Positions 30,244 to 41,298 of a stretch of 64,000 nt of DNA are shown here, in pieces; the first letter of the stretch is position 1, and each line of letters starts with the position of its first letter. The position numbers and the translations under genes were made by a program. Below the pieces are notes generated by a model that searched no databases, had not been told where the DNA came from, and was given only the letters and a program-made list of their open reading frames with translations. Source of the DNA: Chitinophagaceae bacterium (GTDB lineage Bacteria > Bacteroidota > Bacteroidia > Chitinophagales > Chitinophagaceae); the NCBI GenBank assembly GCA_026786345.1, contig JAJAYD010000114.1, positions 190 to 64,189 of the forward strand, given 5' to 3'.

Positions 30244-31491
30244 GTGAATATATTACGTATTATAGCCAGTATGAACCCTGCCTCGGGAGGGCCGTGCCAG
30301 GGCATAAGAAATTCAATACCTGAATTAGAAAAAATAGGTGCACACAACGAAGTAGTATGCCTGGATGATCCGCAGGAATCCTTTATAAAAAAGGACAATT
30401 TTAAAATTTATGCGCTCGGATCAGGCAAAACTGCATGGCGTTACAACAATAAATTAGTTCCGTGGTTGCAGAATAATCTTATGCGTTTCGACGTGATTAT
30501 TGTACATGGGTTATGGCTGTATAATGGTTTTGCAACTTTAAAAGCAATAAAATCCCTTCAAAAACAGCATGGCGAAAAAATTCCCAGGCTATTTGTAATG
30601 CCGCATGGTATGTTGGATCCTTACTTTCAATTAACCTCAGGTAGAAAATTTAAAGCCTTACGAAATAACGTTTATTGGAGGTTTATTGAAAGCAAACTGA
30701 TAGAAAGGGCAGATGGTGTTTTATTTACTACAGAAACAGAACTGCTTTTGGCCCGGACAACCTTTAAAACTTATAAGCCTAAAAAGGAATTAAATGTTGG
30801 TTATGGCATACAGGAACCACCTCAATTTAAAACAATTACAACTCAGCAGTTTTACAACAAATTTCCTTTATTAAAAAACAAGTCATTTTTTCTTTTCTTA
30901 AGCAGGATACATAATAAGAAAGGCGTTGATCTTTTACTAAAAGCTTATGATAAAATTCTTCAACAGAAAAGAGCCTTAAAAAAGTTAACTCCCACAGTTG
31001 AACTGTTTGAGCCGATGGAAGGGCAGGATAATAAATTGCCGTTATTGGTTATTGCAGGTCCGGGCCTGGAAAGTGCATATGGAATTAGAATGGCAAAAAT
31101 GGTTACATCTTCCAAACGCCTTACCAATTCAGTAGTTTTTACCGGTATGCTTTCAGGCAATATGAAATGGGAAGCATTTTACAATTGCGAAGCAATGATT
31201 TTGCCAAGTCACCAGGAGAATTTTGGAATTGCAGTTATTGAAGCCCTTGCATGCAGCAAGCCTGTATTAATTTCTAACCAGGTTAATACCTGGCGGGAGA
31301 TACAGCAACATAAAGCAGGTATTGTTGCACCAAATACATTAAAGGGCACTCTGGATCTTTTAGACCAATGGAATTCGCTTACCGGCGATCAAAAAACACA
31401 GATGGGTGAAAATGCAAAAGAATGTTTTTACGAAAATTTTGCAATACAACCCGCAGCCCGTCGCTTGTACAAAGTTTTAAAAGACGAGTAA
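30244..31491 (+). CDS. GT4 glycosyltransferase
   Basis: GGP, PHGML, LSRIHNKKG and PSHQENFGIAVIEALA motifs. Confidence 0.9.
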   Translation: MNILRIIASMNPASGGPCQGIRNSIPELEKIGAHNEVVCLDDPQESFIKKDNFKIYALGSGKTAWRYNNKLVPWLQNNLMRFDVIIVHGLWLYNGFATLKAIKSLQKQHGEKIPRLFVMPHGMLDPYFQLTSGRKFKALRNNVYWRFIESKLIERADGVLFTTETELLLARTTFKTYKPKKELNVGYGIQEPPQFKTITTQQFYNKFPLLKNKSFFLFLSRIHNKKGVDLLLKAYDKILQQKRALKKLTPTVELFEPMEGQDNKLPLLVIAGPGLESAYGIRMAKMVTSSKRLTNSVVFTGMLSGNMKWEAFYNCEAMILPSHQENFGIAVIEALACSKPVLISNQVNTWREIQQHKAGIVAPNTLKGTLDLLDQWNSLTGDQKTQMGENAKECFYENFAIQPAARRLYKVLKDE

Positions 31492-31513
31492 TTTTTTTTA
31501 GAGCTGATTTTAC

Positions 31514-32137
31514 GTGCATAATACAGATACTCATACCGGCCCCTCCTTTTCACTTAAAAATAGAATAGGCAGAATGACCTGGAATATTATTTACGCTGTC
31601 TTTTTTAGGATGTCCCCTAAGCCATTACATGCTTTCAGGTGTTTTCTTTTGCGCTTATACGGAGCAAAAGTTGGTAAAGGCGTTCATGTTTACCCTGGTG
31701 TAAAAATCTGGGCTCCATGGAATGTAGTACTGAACGATGAATGTGGTATTGCCAACGGCGCTATTCTATATTCGCAGGGAAAAATAAGCATAGGTAAAAG
31801 GGCGGTTATATCTCAGGGTGCACACTTATGTGCAGGTACCCACGATTATAACGATCCGGGATTTCGCTTAATTACGATGCCGATTACAATAGGCGACCAC
31901 GCATGGGTGGCGGCCGAGGCATTCGTTCATCCCGGCATTGAAATTGGCGAAGGATGTGTTATTGGCGCAAGATCGGTAGTTACTAAAAATATGCCTGCAT
32001 GGATGGTATGCTCCGGGCATCCCTGCATGCCTATAAAAGAAAGAGCTTTTACAATTAACTCACAGATTAGTCCAATAAACGACTCCATTTCATCCTTGAA
32101 TCCATTAAAAGAGTTTACCCGGGAAAGCAAACAATGA
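31514..32137 (+). CDS. wcaF: Hexapeptide-repeat polysaccharide acetyltransferase (WcaF-like)
   Basis: IWAPWN, ISQGAHLCAGTHDY and IGARSVV left-handed beta-helix motifs. Confidence 0.85.
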   Translation: MHNTDTHTGPSFSLKNRIGRMTWNIIYAVFFRMSPKPLHAFRCFLLRLYGAKVGKGVHVYPGVKIWAPWNVVLNDECGIANGAILYSQGKISIGKRAVISQGAHLCAGTHDYNDPGFRLITMPITIGDHAWVAAEAFVHPGIEIGEGCVIGARSVVTKNMPAWMVCSGHPCMPIKERAFTINSQISPINDSISSLNPLKEFTRESKQ

Positions 32138-32964
32138 GTGATCAGCTTAATGTAACCATCGCAATTCCTGTTAAAAATGAGGAGAAAAATCTTCCGGGAT
32201 GTTTGGCGGCCATAGGAAACGATTTTGTAAAGTCTATTGTAATAATAGATTCTGGAAGTACCGATCAAACCAGGGCTATAGCAAACCAGCATGGTATTGA
32301 AGTAGTAGATTTTAAGTGGGATGGTAAGTTTCCTAAAAAAAGGAATTGGTTTTTAAGAAACTATTCTTTACAAACTGAGTGGATCCTTTTTTTAGATGCC
32401 GATGAATACATAAATGAAGATTTTAAAAGCGAACTCCGCTCTAAATTATCGCAATCGGATAAAGCGGGCTATTGGTTAAACTATACAATTTACTTTTTAG
32501 GTAAAGAACTAAAGGGAGGTTATCCCTTAAAAAAATTGGCTCTTTTTAAAGTTGGTTCCGGAGAGTATGAGCTTATTGATGAAAACCAATGGAGCAATTT
32601 AGACATGGAAGTACATGAGCATCCGCAGTTACATGGCGACGTTGGGATAATTAAAAGTAAAATAGATCACCAGGACTTTAGGGGGGTATCGCATTATGTA
32701 ATAAAGCATAATGAGTATGCTGGATGGGAAGCAGCCAGGTTTCTTAAAGCTTCCAACAACGGCGCAATAGCAGCAACGTGGACATGGAAACAACGATTAA
32801 AATACGCCCTGATGAAAAGCCCATTTGTTGGGCCAGCTTATTTTTTAGGAAGTTTCTTTTTGTTGGGTGGTTTTAGAGATGGTGGCAGGGGATTGGCATT
32901 TGCAATTTTAAAAATGTCATATTTCACCCAGGTTTATTGTAAAATACGGGAGCAGAAAGTTTGA
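32134..32964 (+). CDS. GT2 glycosyltransferase
   Basis: IPVKNEE, DSGSTD, LDADE and VHEH motifs. Confidence 0.9.
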   Translation: MSDQLNVTIAIPVKNEEKNLPGCLAAIGNDFVKSIVIIDSGSTDQTRAIANQHGIEVVDFKWDGKFPKKRNWFLRNYSLQTEWILFLDADEYINEDFKSELRSKLSQSDKAGYWLNYTIYFLGKELKGGYPLKKLALFKVGSGEYELIDENQWSNLDMEVHEHPQLHGDVGIIKSKIDHQDFRGVSHYVIKHNEYAGWEAARFLKASNNGAIAATWTWKQRLKYALMKSPFVGPAYFLGSFFLLGGFRDGGRGLAFAILKMSYFTQVYCKIREQKV

Positions 32965-34280
32965 AAGCAAGTCAAAATATTGTTACAGGATTGAAAAAAA
33001 GAATTTTGTTGATAGGGGGTAATTATTCGCCCGAACTTACCGGCATAGGAAAGTACAATGGTGAAATGATTGAATGGTTGGCGAATCATGGATGCGAATG
33101 TTCGGTTATCACAACTTATCCTTATTATCCACAGTGGAGGGTTCAGGAGCCGTATACCAGGTCGGCTAATTGGTACAGAAAAGAAATTAGTAAGGGTGAT
33201 CATCCGTTGTCAATCATTCGTTGTCCGCACTATGTGCCTCAAAACCCAACAGGGCTTAAAAGATTGCTATCTGATCTTTCCATATTTGTTTCCACTTTTT
33301 TTGCTCTTTTTCCACTGCTGTTTAAAACGAAATTCGATTATGTAATTACGGTTGCTCCTCCCTTTACATTGGGACTTTTAGGCTATTTATATAAAAAATT
33401 AAAAGGTGCAACATTCATTTATCATGTGCAGGATTTACAGGTAGATGCAGCAAAGGAACTAGGAATGATAAAATCTTCATCTTTATTGTACCTGTTGTTT
33501 AAGGTCGAAAAATTAATACTCAGAAAGGCAAATGTTGTCAGCACAATTTCCAGTGGTATGATGCAAAAGCTGGAAAATATATGTCAAAAGACAACCAGCT
33601 TTTTTCCAAATTGGGTTGATGTAAATGCATTTTATCCTATACCGGACAAAACAACACTCAAAATTCAGTTTGGGTTTGAAGCCACCGATAAAGTCATCCT
33701 TTATTCAGGAGCTATCGGTGAAAAGCAAGGGCTTGAAATGATTTTGCATGCAGCGAAAGAATTGCAATTTACAACTGGTGTCAAATTTGTTATTTGTGGT
33801 CACGGCCCCTATCAACAAAAATTGATCACACTACAAAAAGAGCTGAACGTTAACAACGTTTATTTTTTACCTCTCCAGCCATACCATCTTTTCAACCAGT
33901 TTTTAAATATGGCCGATGTTCACCTGGTTATTCAAAAAGGTAATGCAAGTGACCTTGTTTTACCTTCAAAGCTGTCCACCATATTAGCCGTGGGGGGTGT
34001 ATCCATTGTAATGGCAAACCCTGGTACTAGTTTGTATAAACTTATGCAAACATCCGACATGGGTTATGTTATTGTACCCCAGGATCAAATGGTGTTTAAC
34101 AGTGCAATTCTCCTGGCAGTAGCATCAGATAATTCGGCAAAAGCACACAACGCAAGAATATATGCCGAAAACCGACTTTCTCAAGAGTTTATATTATCAA
34201 CCTTCTCTCAGCAAATTTTACATGCTCCCCCAAACAAAAGTGCCACACTTCGTATATCCAAAGTATTTGAATCGGTTTAA
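32961..34280 (+). CDS. wcaI: WcaI-like GT4 glycosyltransferase
   Basis: NYSPELTGIGKY, PYYPQW, HVQDLQVDAA, YSGAIGEKQGLE and VLPSKL motifs. Confidence 0.85.
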   Translation: MKASQNIVTGLKKRILLIGGNYSPELTGIGKYNGEMIEWLANHGCECSVITTYPYYPQWRVQEPYTRSANWYRKEISKGDHPLSIIRCPHYVPQNPTGLKRLLSDLSIFVSTFFALFPLLFKTKFDYVITVAPPFTLGLLGYLYKKLKGATFIYHVQDLQVDAAKELGMIKSSSLLYLLFKVEKLILRKANVVSTISSGMMQKLENICQKTTSFFPNWVDVNAFYPIPDKTTLKIQFGFEATDKVILYSGAIGEKQGLEMILHAAKELQFTTGVKFVICGHGPYQQKLITLQKELNVNNVYFLPLQPYHLFNQFLNMADVHLVIQKGNASDLVLPSKLSTILAVGGVSIVMANPGTSLYKLMQTSDMGYVIVPQDQMVFNSAILLAVASDNSAKAHNARIYAENRLSQEFILSTFSQQILHAPPNKSATLRISKVFESV

Positions 34281-34372
34281 GTTTTAAGCTTAAGGAAATC
34301 AGGGAAGTCGTTTTTATAAATTAGGGCTTTCTCCACCAAACAAACATTAATAACTTATAACTATTCAGTTAA

Positions 34373-35497
34373 TTGAAAAAGGGCATTAGTGGTTTAACAA
34401 GCATTATCCTGGATCTTTTAAGATTGGGAGCGGCTTTGACCGTATTTTTTAGTCATGCAGAAGATCTATGGTATCCCATAAAAAAGCATAACCCAAATGA
34501 ACCGTTTGACGGGGCACACACTGCCGTTATTATCTTTTTTGTTTTATCAGGATATGTAATCGGACTATCCACAAGCAATAACAACCGTGGGTTTTCTCAT
34601 TATGCCCAGGCACGTTTAAGTAGGTTGAGTTCAGTTTTAATCCCGGCCCTGGTTGTTACGGCCATCGTGGAAATAGGCGTTTATTTTTTATCTCCTTCGT
34701 TAAAAGCCGAATTTTCAAGGGGATTTTCGTTACCAAGGTATTTTATCACGGGTGCTTTTATAAATGAAATATGGTTTTTTAGTTCTGCGCCACCCATTAA
34801 CCGGCCGTTATGGTCTTTAAGTTTTGAGTTTTGGTACTACGCAATTTTTGGTCTCTTTTATTTTAAAGGAGCGGGCAAGAAGTCGTTAATTCTTCCTTTG
34901 TTGGCTTGTTTAATTGCAGGCCCCAAAATATTACTGATGATGCCTATTTGGCTGCTGGGTTATTTTGCCTATCGTATTCCAAAACAAGCAATCAGCAAAT
35001 CAACTTCAATAGTTTTAATGATTATTGCTTTTATACTTGCAGGTCTTGCTGTACGATATTTAGTACCATTTCCATATCCATTGGGTACCTATCCTTTTCA
35101 TTTCGCCAGTCAATTTCTTACCGATTTTGTAATTGGTTGTTGTTTTGCATTCGGTTTGTGGGTTATGCCCGGCTTTCATGAAGTACCAATTAATAATCGT
35201 ATTGTTTCATGGGTTAGAAAATGGGCTGATCTAACTTTTCCAATCTACGTTTTTCACTTTCCCCTATTTATTCTATGGCAGGCTTTGTTTTCAAACAACC
35301 CTGTATTTTATAATGTTTGGGTGGCTATACTCTTTGTGTTGCTTACATGTAGTGTTTTAGGGCTTATGCTGGACAAGCAAAGAAAGTACTGGAATATGTT
35401 TTTTAAATGGCTTATAGGAAATCTTAAAATGAGTTCTTTAAAATTAAAAGGTATTTTTTTAAGCGACTTAAAAGTTAAACCAACCTATACTGACTAA
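34373..35497 (+). CDS. Acyltransferase-3 family membrane O-acyltransferase
   Basis: LDLLR, FFVLSGY, LWSLSFEFWYY and YVFHFP motifs; many TM segments. Confidence 0.9.
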   Translation: MKKGISGLTSIILDLLRLGAALTVFFSHAEDLWYPIKKHNPNEPFDGAHTAVIIFFVLSGYVIGLSTSNNNRGFSHYAQARLSRLSSVLIPALVVTAIVEIGVYFLSPSLKAEFSRGFSLPRYFITGAFINEIWFFSSAPPINRPLWSLSFEFWYYAIFGLFYFKGAGKKSLILPLLACLIAGPKILLMMPIWLLGYFAYRIPKQAISKSTSIVLMIIAFILAGLAVRYLVPFPYPLGTYPFHFASQFLTDFVIGCCFAFGLWVMPGFHEVPINNRIVSWVRKWADLTFPIYVFHFPLFILWQALFSNNPVFYNVWVAILFVLLTCSVLGLMLDKQRKYWNMFFKWLIGNLKMSSLKLKGIFLSDLKVKPTYTD

Positions 35498-35624
35498 ATG
35501 CTTCAGCCAACTGTTAGAAGTTTTGATTATCTGCATAAAAATGAATTTTACTTTGAGTTCCTAACTCTATATTCGTTCCACTTGTAAGATTTTAGTAGCC
35601 AGTTTAGGAATTTTATACTACCAG

Positions 35625-35651
35625 ACCCGGAGATTTTCTCCGGGTTTTTTT
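35625..35651 (+). terminator. Intrinsic terminator ending the polysaccharide operon
   Basis: ACCCGGAGA-TTT-TCTCCGGGT followed by a T-run. Confidence 0.85.
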
Positions 35652-35865
35652 ATTTCGTTCACTCAAATTTTTACAAATGCATACTAATCAACCAGGTATT
35701 GATTTGGTCTCTAAAATTGGGAAAATTACCATTTTTAATTCTGTCTGATTTGGGCATTAGGATAACCCTGCTTCGAAAATAAGTTTTTTGTAAGAGAGTT
35801 TTTTAGATACGGTCACACTAAGGCGCAGTAACAAATGTGCTTTAGCCAAATTAAAACCAGTATCT

Positions 35866-38800
35866 ATGTTCAATCTCCTTAAGCTTATTTTATTAATTAT
35901 TCTGCATTTCGTTGCATTAAGCTCCTTTTCACAAGTTATAGAGTCGGCAAGCTTTAAAAGTTCAAAAAAAATTCTTTTTAAGTTCGATTTAAAGAACGAA
36001 GCGCTTACCAGTGCGGGTGTCTATAAAAAGGATGGCACATTACTCCGGACAATATGGAGTGGCGTAAAATACAAAGCAGGAAGCGACACAGCTAAATGGG
36101 ATGGTCTTGACGATTTAGGTCAACCGGTGGCGGATAGCAAAATAGACATCAAGGTGCTGACTTCTAATGTTAAATACGAGTGGGAAGGAGCCTACATCGG
36201 AAATTCATCATCAGCAGGTAGCGGTGATACAAGGTTTCGAATCTTTGACGATAACGGTTTACAAGGTGTTACCAGCACAGGAGGCAAGACCTATGTAGCA
36301 AGTGGCTATGCAGAAGGTTGGCCTGCTGAATTTCGGTTTGATACGGCAACAGCAAATTCGAAGGTTTGGGTTGGTCAAACAGGAATAACCGGAAGTAATA
36401 CCACCTTTGTAGCTACCGATGGAACTAAAGTATACTGGGCCGGATTTGATCCATTCCAAAATACAGAGAGTTTTGTATTTGCAACCAATGTAAGTAACGA
36501 TGCAGAAGTAACATTTAGCAGTGGCACTAACATTCACATGGAATGGGATAATACATCGAACGTTACTTACAACGCCATTTCAGTAAAAAATGAGGCTAAT
36601 GCAATTGTATCAGGATTGGCTGTGCAAAAAGTAGGTGATAAGTTATTTATAAGCCGTTCACAGCAAAATGAATTGCAGGTAAGAAATAAAACTACGGGAG
36701 CTTTACTTCAAACATTGACAATTTCTGGAGTTACTTATTTAGGCATGGATAACAGCGATAACCTTTGGGCAGCACATGGCTCAACACTTGAAAAGTACAA
36801 GGTTAATTCTGATGGAACCATAACAACTACAGGTGTAACCATTAAAGGCATTGCAACTATTGGTGGCTTTGGCTTTTCGCCCAATGGAACAACCATTGCG
36901 GTATGCGACATAACAAACCAGGTAGTTAAAGGCTATTCAACTTCAGCCGGAATATTAAGCTGGACATTGGGAACACCCGGAGGTTACCTTAGCAATTCAA
37001 TAGTAAGCAACGACAAGTTTTATTTTAGAGATGTAAGAATCACAATGCCTACATACCTTCATTACCTGGCAGATGGCAGTTTTTATGTAGGGGATGGGGC
37101 TAATTTCAGGATACAACATTATAATGCAGATCGCAGCTTTAAACGAAGCATTATGATGCTTTCTACCAATTACAGATCGCAGGTCATTAAAAGTCAACCT
37201 ACACGCTTATTTAGCGATTATTTGGAGTTTGAAATAGATTACACACAAGCACTTGGCGCAACTACAGGATGGAAGCTCAAAAGAAATTGGAGAGCTAAGA
37301 TCACATCAACTTATTTCAGTACTTATAAGATACAAAACATTATAACATTTTCAAATGGCAGAACATATGGGAGACTTATGATAAACGGCGTTACGTACGA
37401 ACTGGTGGAGTTAGTTAACAACGGAGTTGTGAGGTATACCGGCATTAAGTTGGGTCAGTATGGCTATTTAAACGAGGACGGATCAAAGATGGTAATGGAA
37501 AATCAAAGTGCTTACAAAAAATATACATTAACTGGCTACGATGTCAGTAACAATCCTTTGTGGTCAGGTACAGGCACTTATCTGTCAAACGTAAATGCAG
37601 GTACAAATGACACTAAAATATACAGCAACCAGTATGAATATCCTGTAACCCAAAGTGGCAAACTTATATACTTCAATTGCTCCCGGATAGACAATAGTAT
37701 TGGTAATGAATACCATTTAGGTGCAGTTAATAAAGGTGATACATCTTATTTGTGGCAGACTGCAAGAGGGACACAACGATCTTATGGTGGGGAGTTTCCC
37801 AGGGATGGAGCATTCGATAACGGCAACGGTGTAGAAAGTGCCAATAGGGCCGGAGGATCATTCTCCATTTATTTAAACAATATATTTTGGGGCTATCATG
37901 GTGAGTTTTGGAAACAAAGCCAAACCAATATATGGAACCATGTTGATGGTAATTCCGGTTTATTTGTTGGACAGTTTGGTGCTATCAAAAAAGACTTTGG
38001 TATGGCAGAAGCTCCGGCAGCAGTAGCAGGTAATGTATTTGGAGGTACGGTGGTAGAGGTAAATGGAATTGTATACTTATACCATAATGATGAAGGAGTA
38101 AACAACGGTGTACACCGTTGGAAAATATCAGGATTGAGTACAGTAGAAATTCAAACAGCAACCCGTTTAAAAGAAAATATTTTTTTAAAGCAAGGAGTTG
38201 ATTTGCTTGAAGGTATTACACGGAATTTAAGCACGCTGCCAAACAATTTTCATGGCTGGACCAGAGTTCCTGAATCCAATTCAAGCGGTACTAATATCTC
38301 TGTTGGCAATACCAGCTACGATAAATTTAAACCCGCAAATCTTGAATTTATTTTTAACCAGCCAAAAGGAAACAGCGCCACATTTTCACGCGATTTGGGA
38401 AATAACACCAAATTGAATGACTGGAGTTTAAAAGGAAAAATGAATTACCAATACAATAGAATGAGTGAATTTGATTTATCGGCTGCTTCATTTTTAGATG
38501 TTGTGGATGGAGCCGGCAGGCAAATTGCCAGGTTCGATTTCAGGCAATCTGCAAATCAAAGTGGTACTTACAATTTAAGAGGAAACAATGTTGTATTAAG
38601 TGGGGGAACTACATCAAAAACTGTATATGCTTCAAGAGGGGAAGACTTTGAAATGAACTATTCAAATGGTACCATCACCTTCCGTTTTTCTGATTACACT
38701 GCTACCACAAAAAATAAGGCAGAAGCAACAGCAGATGCAACCAATCCAAAGTATTTTAGATTTTATGCTTATAACAACGGTTACCAGACTTCAAAATATG

Positions 38801-40941
38801 TAAGTATACAAGAGTTGCGGTTTTTTGGAGCGGAAGAGCCAGGGATTTATTACAAATCAATTTCAAACGGAGATTGGAGCAATGTAGCCACCTGGCAATT
38901 TTCAAACAATAATAAGAATTGGGAACCTTCAACAACCCTTCCCGATACAAGTGCAAACAGCATTATCATTAAAGACGGAAATAATGTTGTAATCACGACG
39001 GATGTATTAACTGATAACCTGGTTATTGAGACAAATGCAACATTAAACGTTAAGCCCGGTGGAATGATAAGGGTAAATGATGGTATTGGAGTTGACATAA
39101 CAATTCTACAAGGTGCAAAAATGATTGTTCAGTCTGACTCTACTGGCACTGGCATTATTGGACAGTCTACCGGTACAATTACAGGCGATGTGGAAGTACA
39201 GCGTTACCTGCCGGCAAAAGAAAATGCAGGTTACCAATTGTTGGCGCCATCGGTCAACTCCAACGCTACCATAAATGACAATTGGCAGGAAGGCGTTCAC
39301 AATACCAACACCAAACACAATATAAATCCTGCACAAGGCTACGGAACGCATATTACAGGCTCCGTTTCAGGCTCTAACGGATTTGATGCATCTACAACAG
39401 GACAGGCGTCGCTGTTTACTTTCAACTGGCAAACTAATACCCCTGTTTGGATACCTATTGCTAATACCAATGTAAATAAACTCGATGCCAAAAGTAGTTA
39501 CCTGCTATATGTTATTGGCGACAGAAGTATTGATCTCAACAACGGCCCTAACCAATCAGGTAACACAATTTTACGGGCTACAGGTTCTGTAGTTACCGGT
39601 ACCGTTAATTACAGTTCTTTACTGAATGATGGAAAGAACAGTGCGATTGCAAATCCTTATGCTTCGCCTCTTAATTGGAATAAACTACAAGAAGCCAATA
39701 GTACTCAGTTCGAAAATTATTATACAATGTGGGATCCTAATGTGGGTAACAAGGGCGGCTATGTAACAGTAGATGCTACGGGAATAAAAAGTGTAAGAAC
39801 TTCTAAGGCTACAACAGATATTCAAAGTGGGCAGGCCTTTATAGTAAAAGCAAAAAAGGGAACAACATCAGCCAACTTTGTTATAACGGAAGCCGATAAA
39901 TCACGGGTTAACAATCCTGCGGTCTTTAGAGGGGCAACTGTTACACCAAAATTATATACAAGCCTGTATTATGTTGACAACAATACTGGTAAAAGAAATC
40001 TTGCAGATGGTATCTTATCTCGTTTCGACGATACATATCTTGAAACAGTTAATGGCGATGATGCCGAGGACATTTCAAACTTTGAAGAAAATCTTTCATT
40101 AAGCCGGAATGCAAAAAATTTAAGTATCGAGAGCAGGCCTTTGCCAAAAGCCAACGATACTTTGTATTTAAGCATGACCAATATGAAACAACAGGCTTAT
40201 GAGTGGCAGTTCGATGCTTCAGATTTTAATACATCAGCCTCAATTCATGCATTTTTAATAGATAGTTATCTAAACACAGAAATACCTGTAGAAATTGATG
40301 GTCCAACGGTAGTAATATTTGCAGTAACGTCCGATCCTAAAAGTTACCGCCAGGATCGTTTTAAGGTAGTATTCGATCAGTTGAAAACCTTACCACTTTC
40401 TTTACTTTCCATCAATGCTACCAAATATAACAATGGGGTAAATGTGGAATGGAAAACAACAAACGAGCTCAATCTTGACAAGTACATTGTTGAACGGTCT
40501 GTGGATGGACAAAATTTTGATAAGATCGCCGTTGTACAGCCGGTAGGGACATTTACATCAGTAAATAACTATCTGTGGTACGATAATAACCCGGTCAATA
40601 CTTACAATTACTATCGTATCAGGTCGGTAAATAAAGATGGTACATATGAGTATACCAAAACTGTAAGGGTTCTTATAGATAAGCAAACTGGCAAGTTGAA
40701 TGTTTACCCCAATCCAATCCCAGATAAAGGCTTTGAAGTATTAGTAAACAATCTGCCCAAAGGAGAATACAATTTTCAATTGTTTAACTATGTAGGCCAA
40801 CTAATGGCTACCAAACAGGTAAAACATGCCGGTGGAGATTTAAAAGACCATTTTGAAACAGGCATTATTATAAAGGGCATGTATAAATTTTCTATCAAAT
40901 CCCTTAATTATAGTACCACGCAAAATTTAATAAAATTATAA
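35866..40941 (+). CDS. T9SS cargo protein A: FlgD-Ig-like domain, beta-propeller-like uncharacterised head, beta-rich tail, T9SS C-terminal domain
   Basis: Signal peptide; 'TSAGVY..DGTLLRT.W.....WDGLDD' (FlgD-Ig-like); propeller-like repeats; 'TLPL.L....A....V.V.W.T..E' followed by VYPNP in the CTD. Confidence 0.8.
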   Translation: MFNLLKLILLIILHFVALSSFSQVIESASFKSSKKILFKFDLKNEALTSAGVYKKDGTLLRTIWSGVKYKAGSDTAKWDGLDDLGQPVADSKIDIKVLTSNVKYEWEGAYIGNSSSAGSGDTRFRIFDDNGLQGVTSTGGKTYVASGYAEGWPAEFRFDTATANSKVWVGQTGITGSNTTFVATDGTKVYWAGFDPFQNTESFVFATNVSNDAEVTFSSGTNIHMEWDNTSNVTYNAISVKNEANAIVSGLAVQKVGDKLFISRSQQNELQVRNKTTGALLQTLTISGVTYLGMDNSDNLWAAHGSTLEKYKVNSDGTITTTGVTIKGIATIGGFGFSPNGTTIAVCDITNQVVKGYSTSAGILSWTLGTPGGYLSNSIVSNDKFYFRDVRITMPTYLHYLADGSFYVGDGANFRIQHYNADRSFKRSIMMLSTNYRSQVIKSQPTRLFSDYLEFEIDYTQALGATTGWKLKRNWRAKITSTYFSTYKIQNIITFSNGRTYGRLMINGVTYELVELVNNGVVRYTGIKLGQYGYLNEDGSKMVMENQSAYKKYTLTGYDVSNNPLWSGTGTYLSNVNAGTNDTKIYSNQYEYPVTQSGKLIYFNCSRIDNSIGNEYHLGAVNKGDTSYLWQTARGTQRSYGGEFPRDGAFDNGNGVESANRAGGSFSIYLNNIFWGYHGEFWKQSQTNIWNHVDGNSGLFVGQFGAIKKDFGMAEAPAAVAGNVFGGTVVEVNGIVYLYHNDEGVNNGVHRWKISGLSTVEIQTATRLKENIFLKQGVDLLEGITRNLSTLPNNFHGWTRVPESNSSGTNISVGNTSYDKFKPANLEFIFNQPKGNSATFSRDLGNNTKLNDWSLKGKMNYQYNRMSEFDLSAASFLDVVDGAGRQIARFDFRQSANQSGTYNLRGNNVVLSGGTTSKTVYASRGEDFEMNYSNGTITFRFSDYTATTKNKAEATADATNPKYFRFYAYNNGYQTSKYVSIQELRFFGAEEPGIYYKSISNGDWSNVATWQFSNNNKNWEPSTTLPDTSANSIIIKDGNNVVITTDVLTDNLVIETNATLNVKPGGMIRVNDGIGVDITILQGAKMIVQSDSTGTGIIGQSTGTITGDVEVQRYLPAKENAGYQLLAPSVNSNATINDNWQEGVHNTNTKHNINPAQGYGTHITGSVSGSNGFDASTTGQASLFTFNWQTNTPVWIPIANTNVNKLDAKSSYLLYVIGDRSIDLNNGPNQSGNTILRATGSVVTGTVNYSSLLNDGKNSAIANPYASPLNWNKLQEANSTQFENYYTMWDPNVGNKGGYVTVDATGIKSVRTSKATTDIQSGQAFIVKAKKGTTSANFVITEADKSRVNNPAVFRGATVTPKLYTSLYYVDNNTGKRNLADGILSRFDDTYLETVNGDDAEDISNFEENLSLSRNAKNLSIESRPLPKANDTLYLSMTNMKQQAYEWQFDASDFNTSASIHAFLIDSYLNTEIPVEIDGPTVVIFAVTSDPKSYRQDRFKVVFDQLKTLPLSLLSINATKYNNGVNVEWKTTNELNLDKYIVERSVDGQNFDKIAVVQPVGTFTSVNNYLWYDNNPVNTYNYYRIRSVNKDGTYEYTKTVRVLIDKQTGKLNVYPNPIPDKGFEVLVNNLPKGEYNFQLFNYVGQLMATKQVKHAGGDLKDHFETGIIIKGMYKFSIKSLNYSTTQNLIKL

Positions 40942-40959
40942 TATCAAAATTGCATCTCG

Positions 40960-40990
40960 AAAACTCCTTTGAAACCAAAGGAGTTTTTTT
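40960..40990 (+). terminator. Intrinsic terminator
   Basis: AAAACTCCTTTG-AAAC-CAAAGGAGTTTT followed by a T-run. Confidence 0.85.
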
Positions 40991-41298
40991 ATTGATTATT
41001 TTTTTTTAAAAGGTTGCACACTAAAAAAAATATTTTATCCACACCATTCATCAGTACTTAATTTAAATTGAAACGTTTAAACATTACCCTTTAATAAATG
41101 TGACGTTTTCGTTCCTTTTGGGTTGTTCATAAATTGTATTTTAGTTTCCGGCTCATTATTTTCGCCATCGTTAAGAAATCCACCCTCTCCTAATATCCGT
41201 GTAAAAATTATCTCAACTAACATGCGATAACTTTATATTATATTATTTTATAATAAAAAGAGTTTGCTTTTGAATATCATTCAAAAACAAAAATTTCT

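Noticed and set aside
15864-35497. Glycosyltransferases as tailoring enzymes for the NRPS product
   Set aside because: They are polysaccharide-type GT2/GT4 enzymes in a Wzc operon, separated from the NRPS by three terminators and 10 kb. No GT1 natural-product glycosyltransferase was seen.
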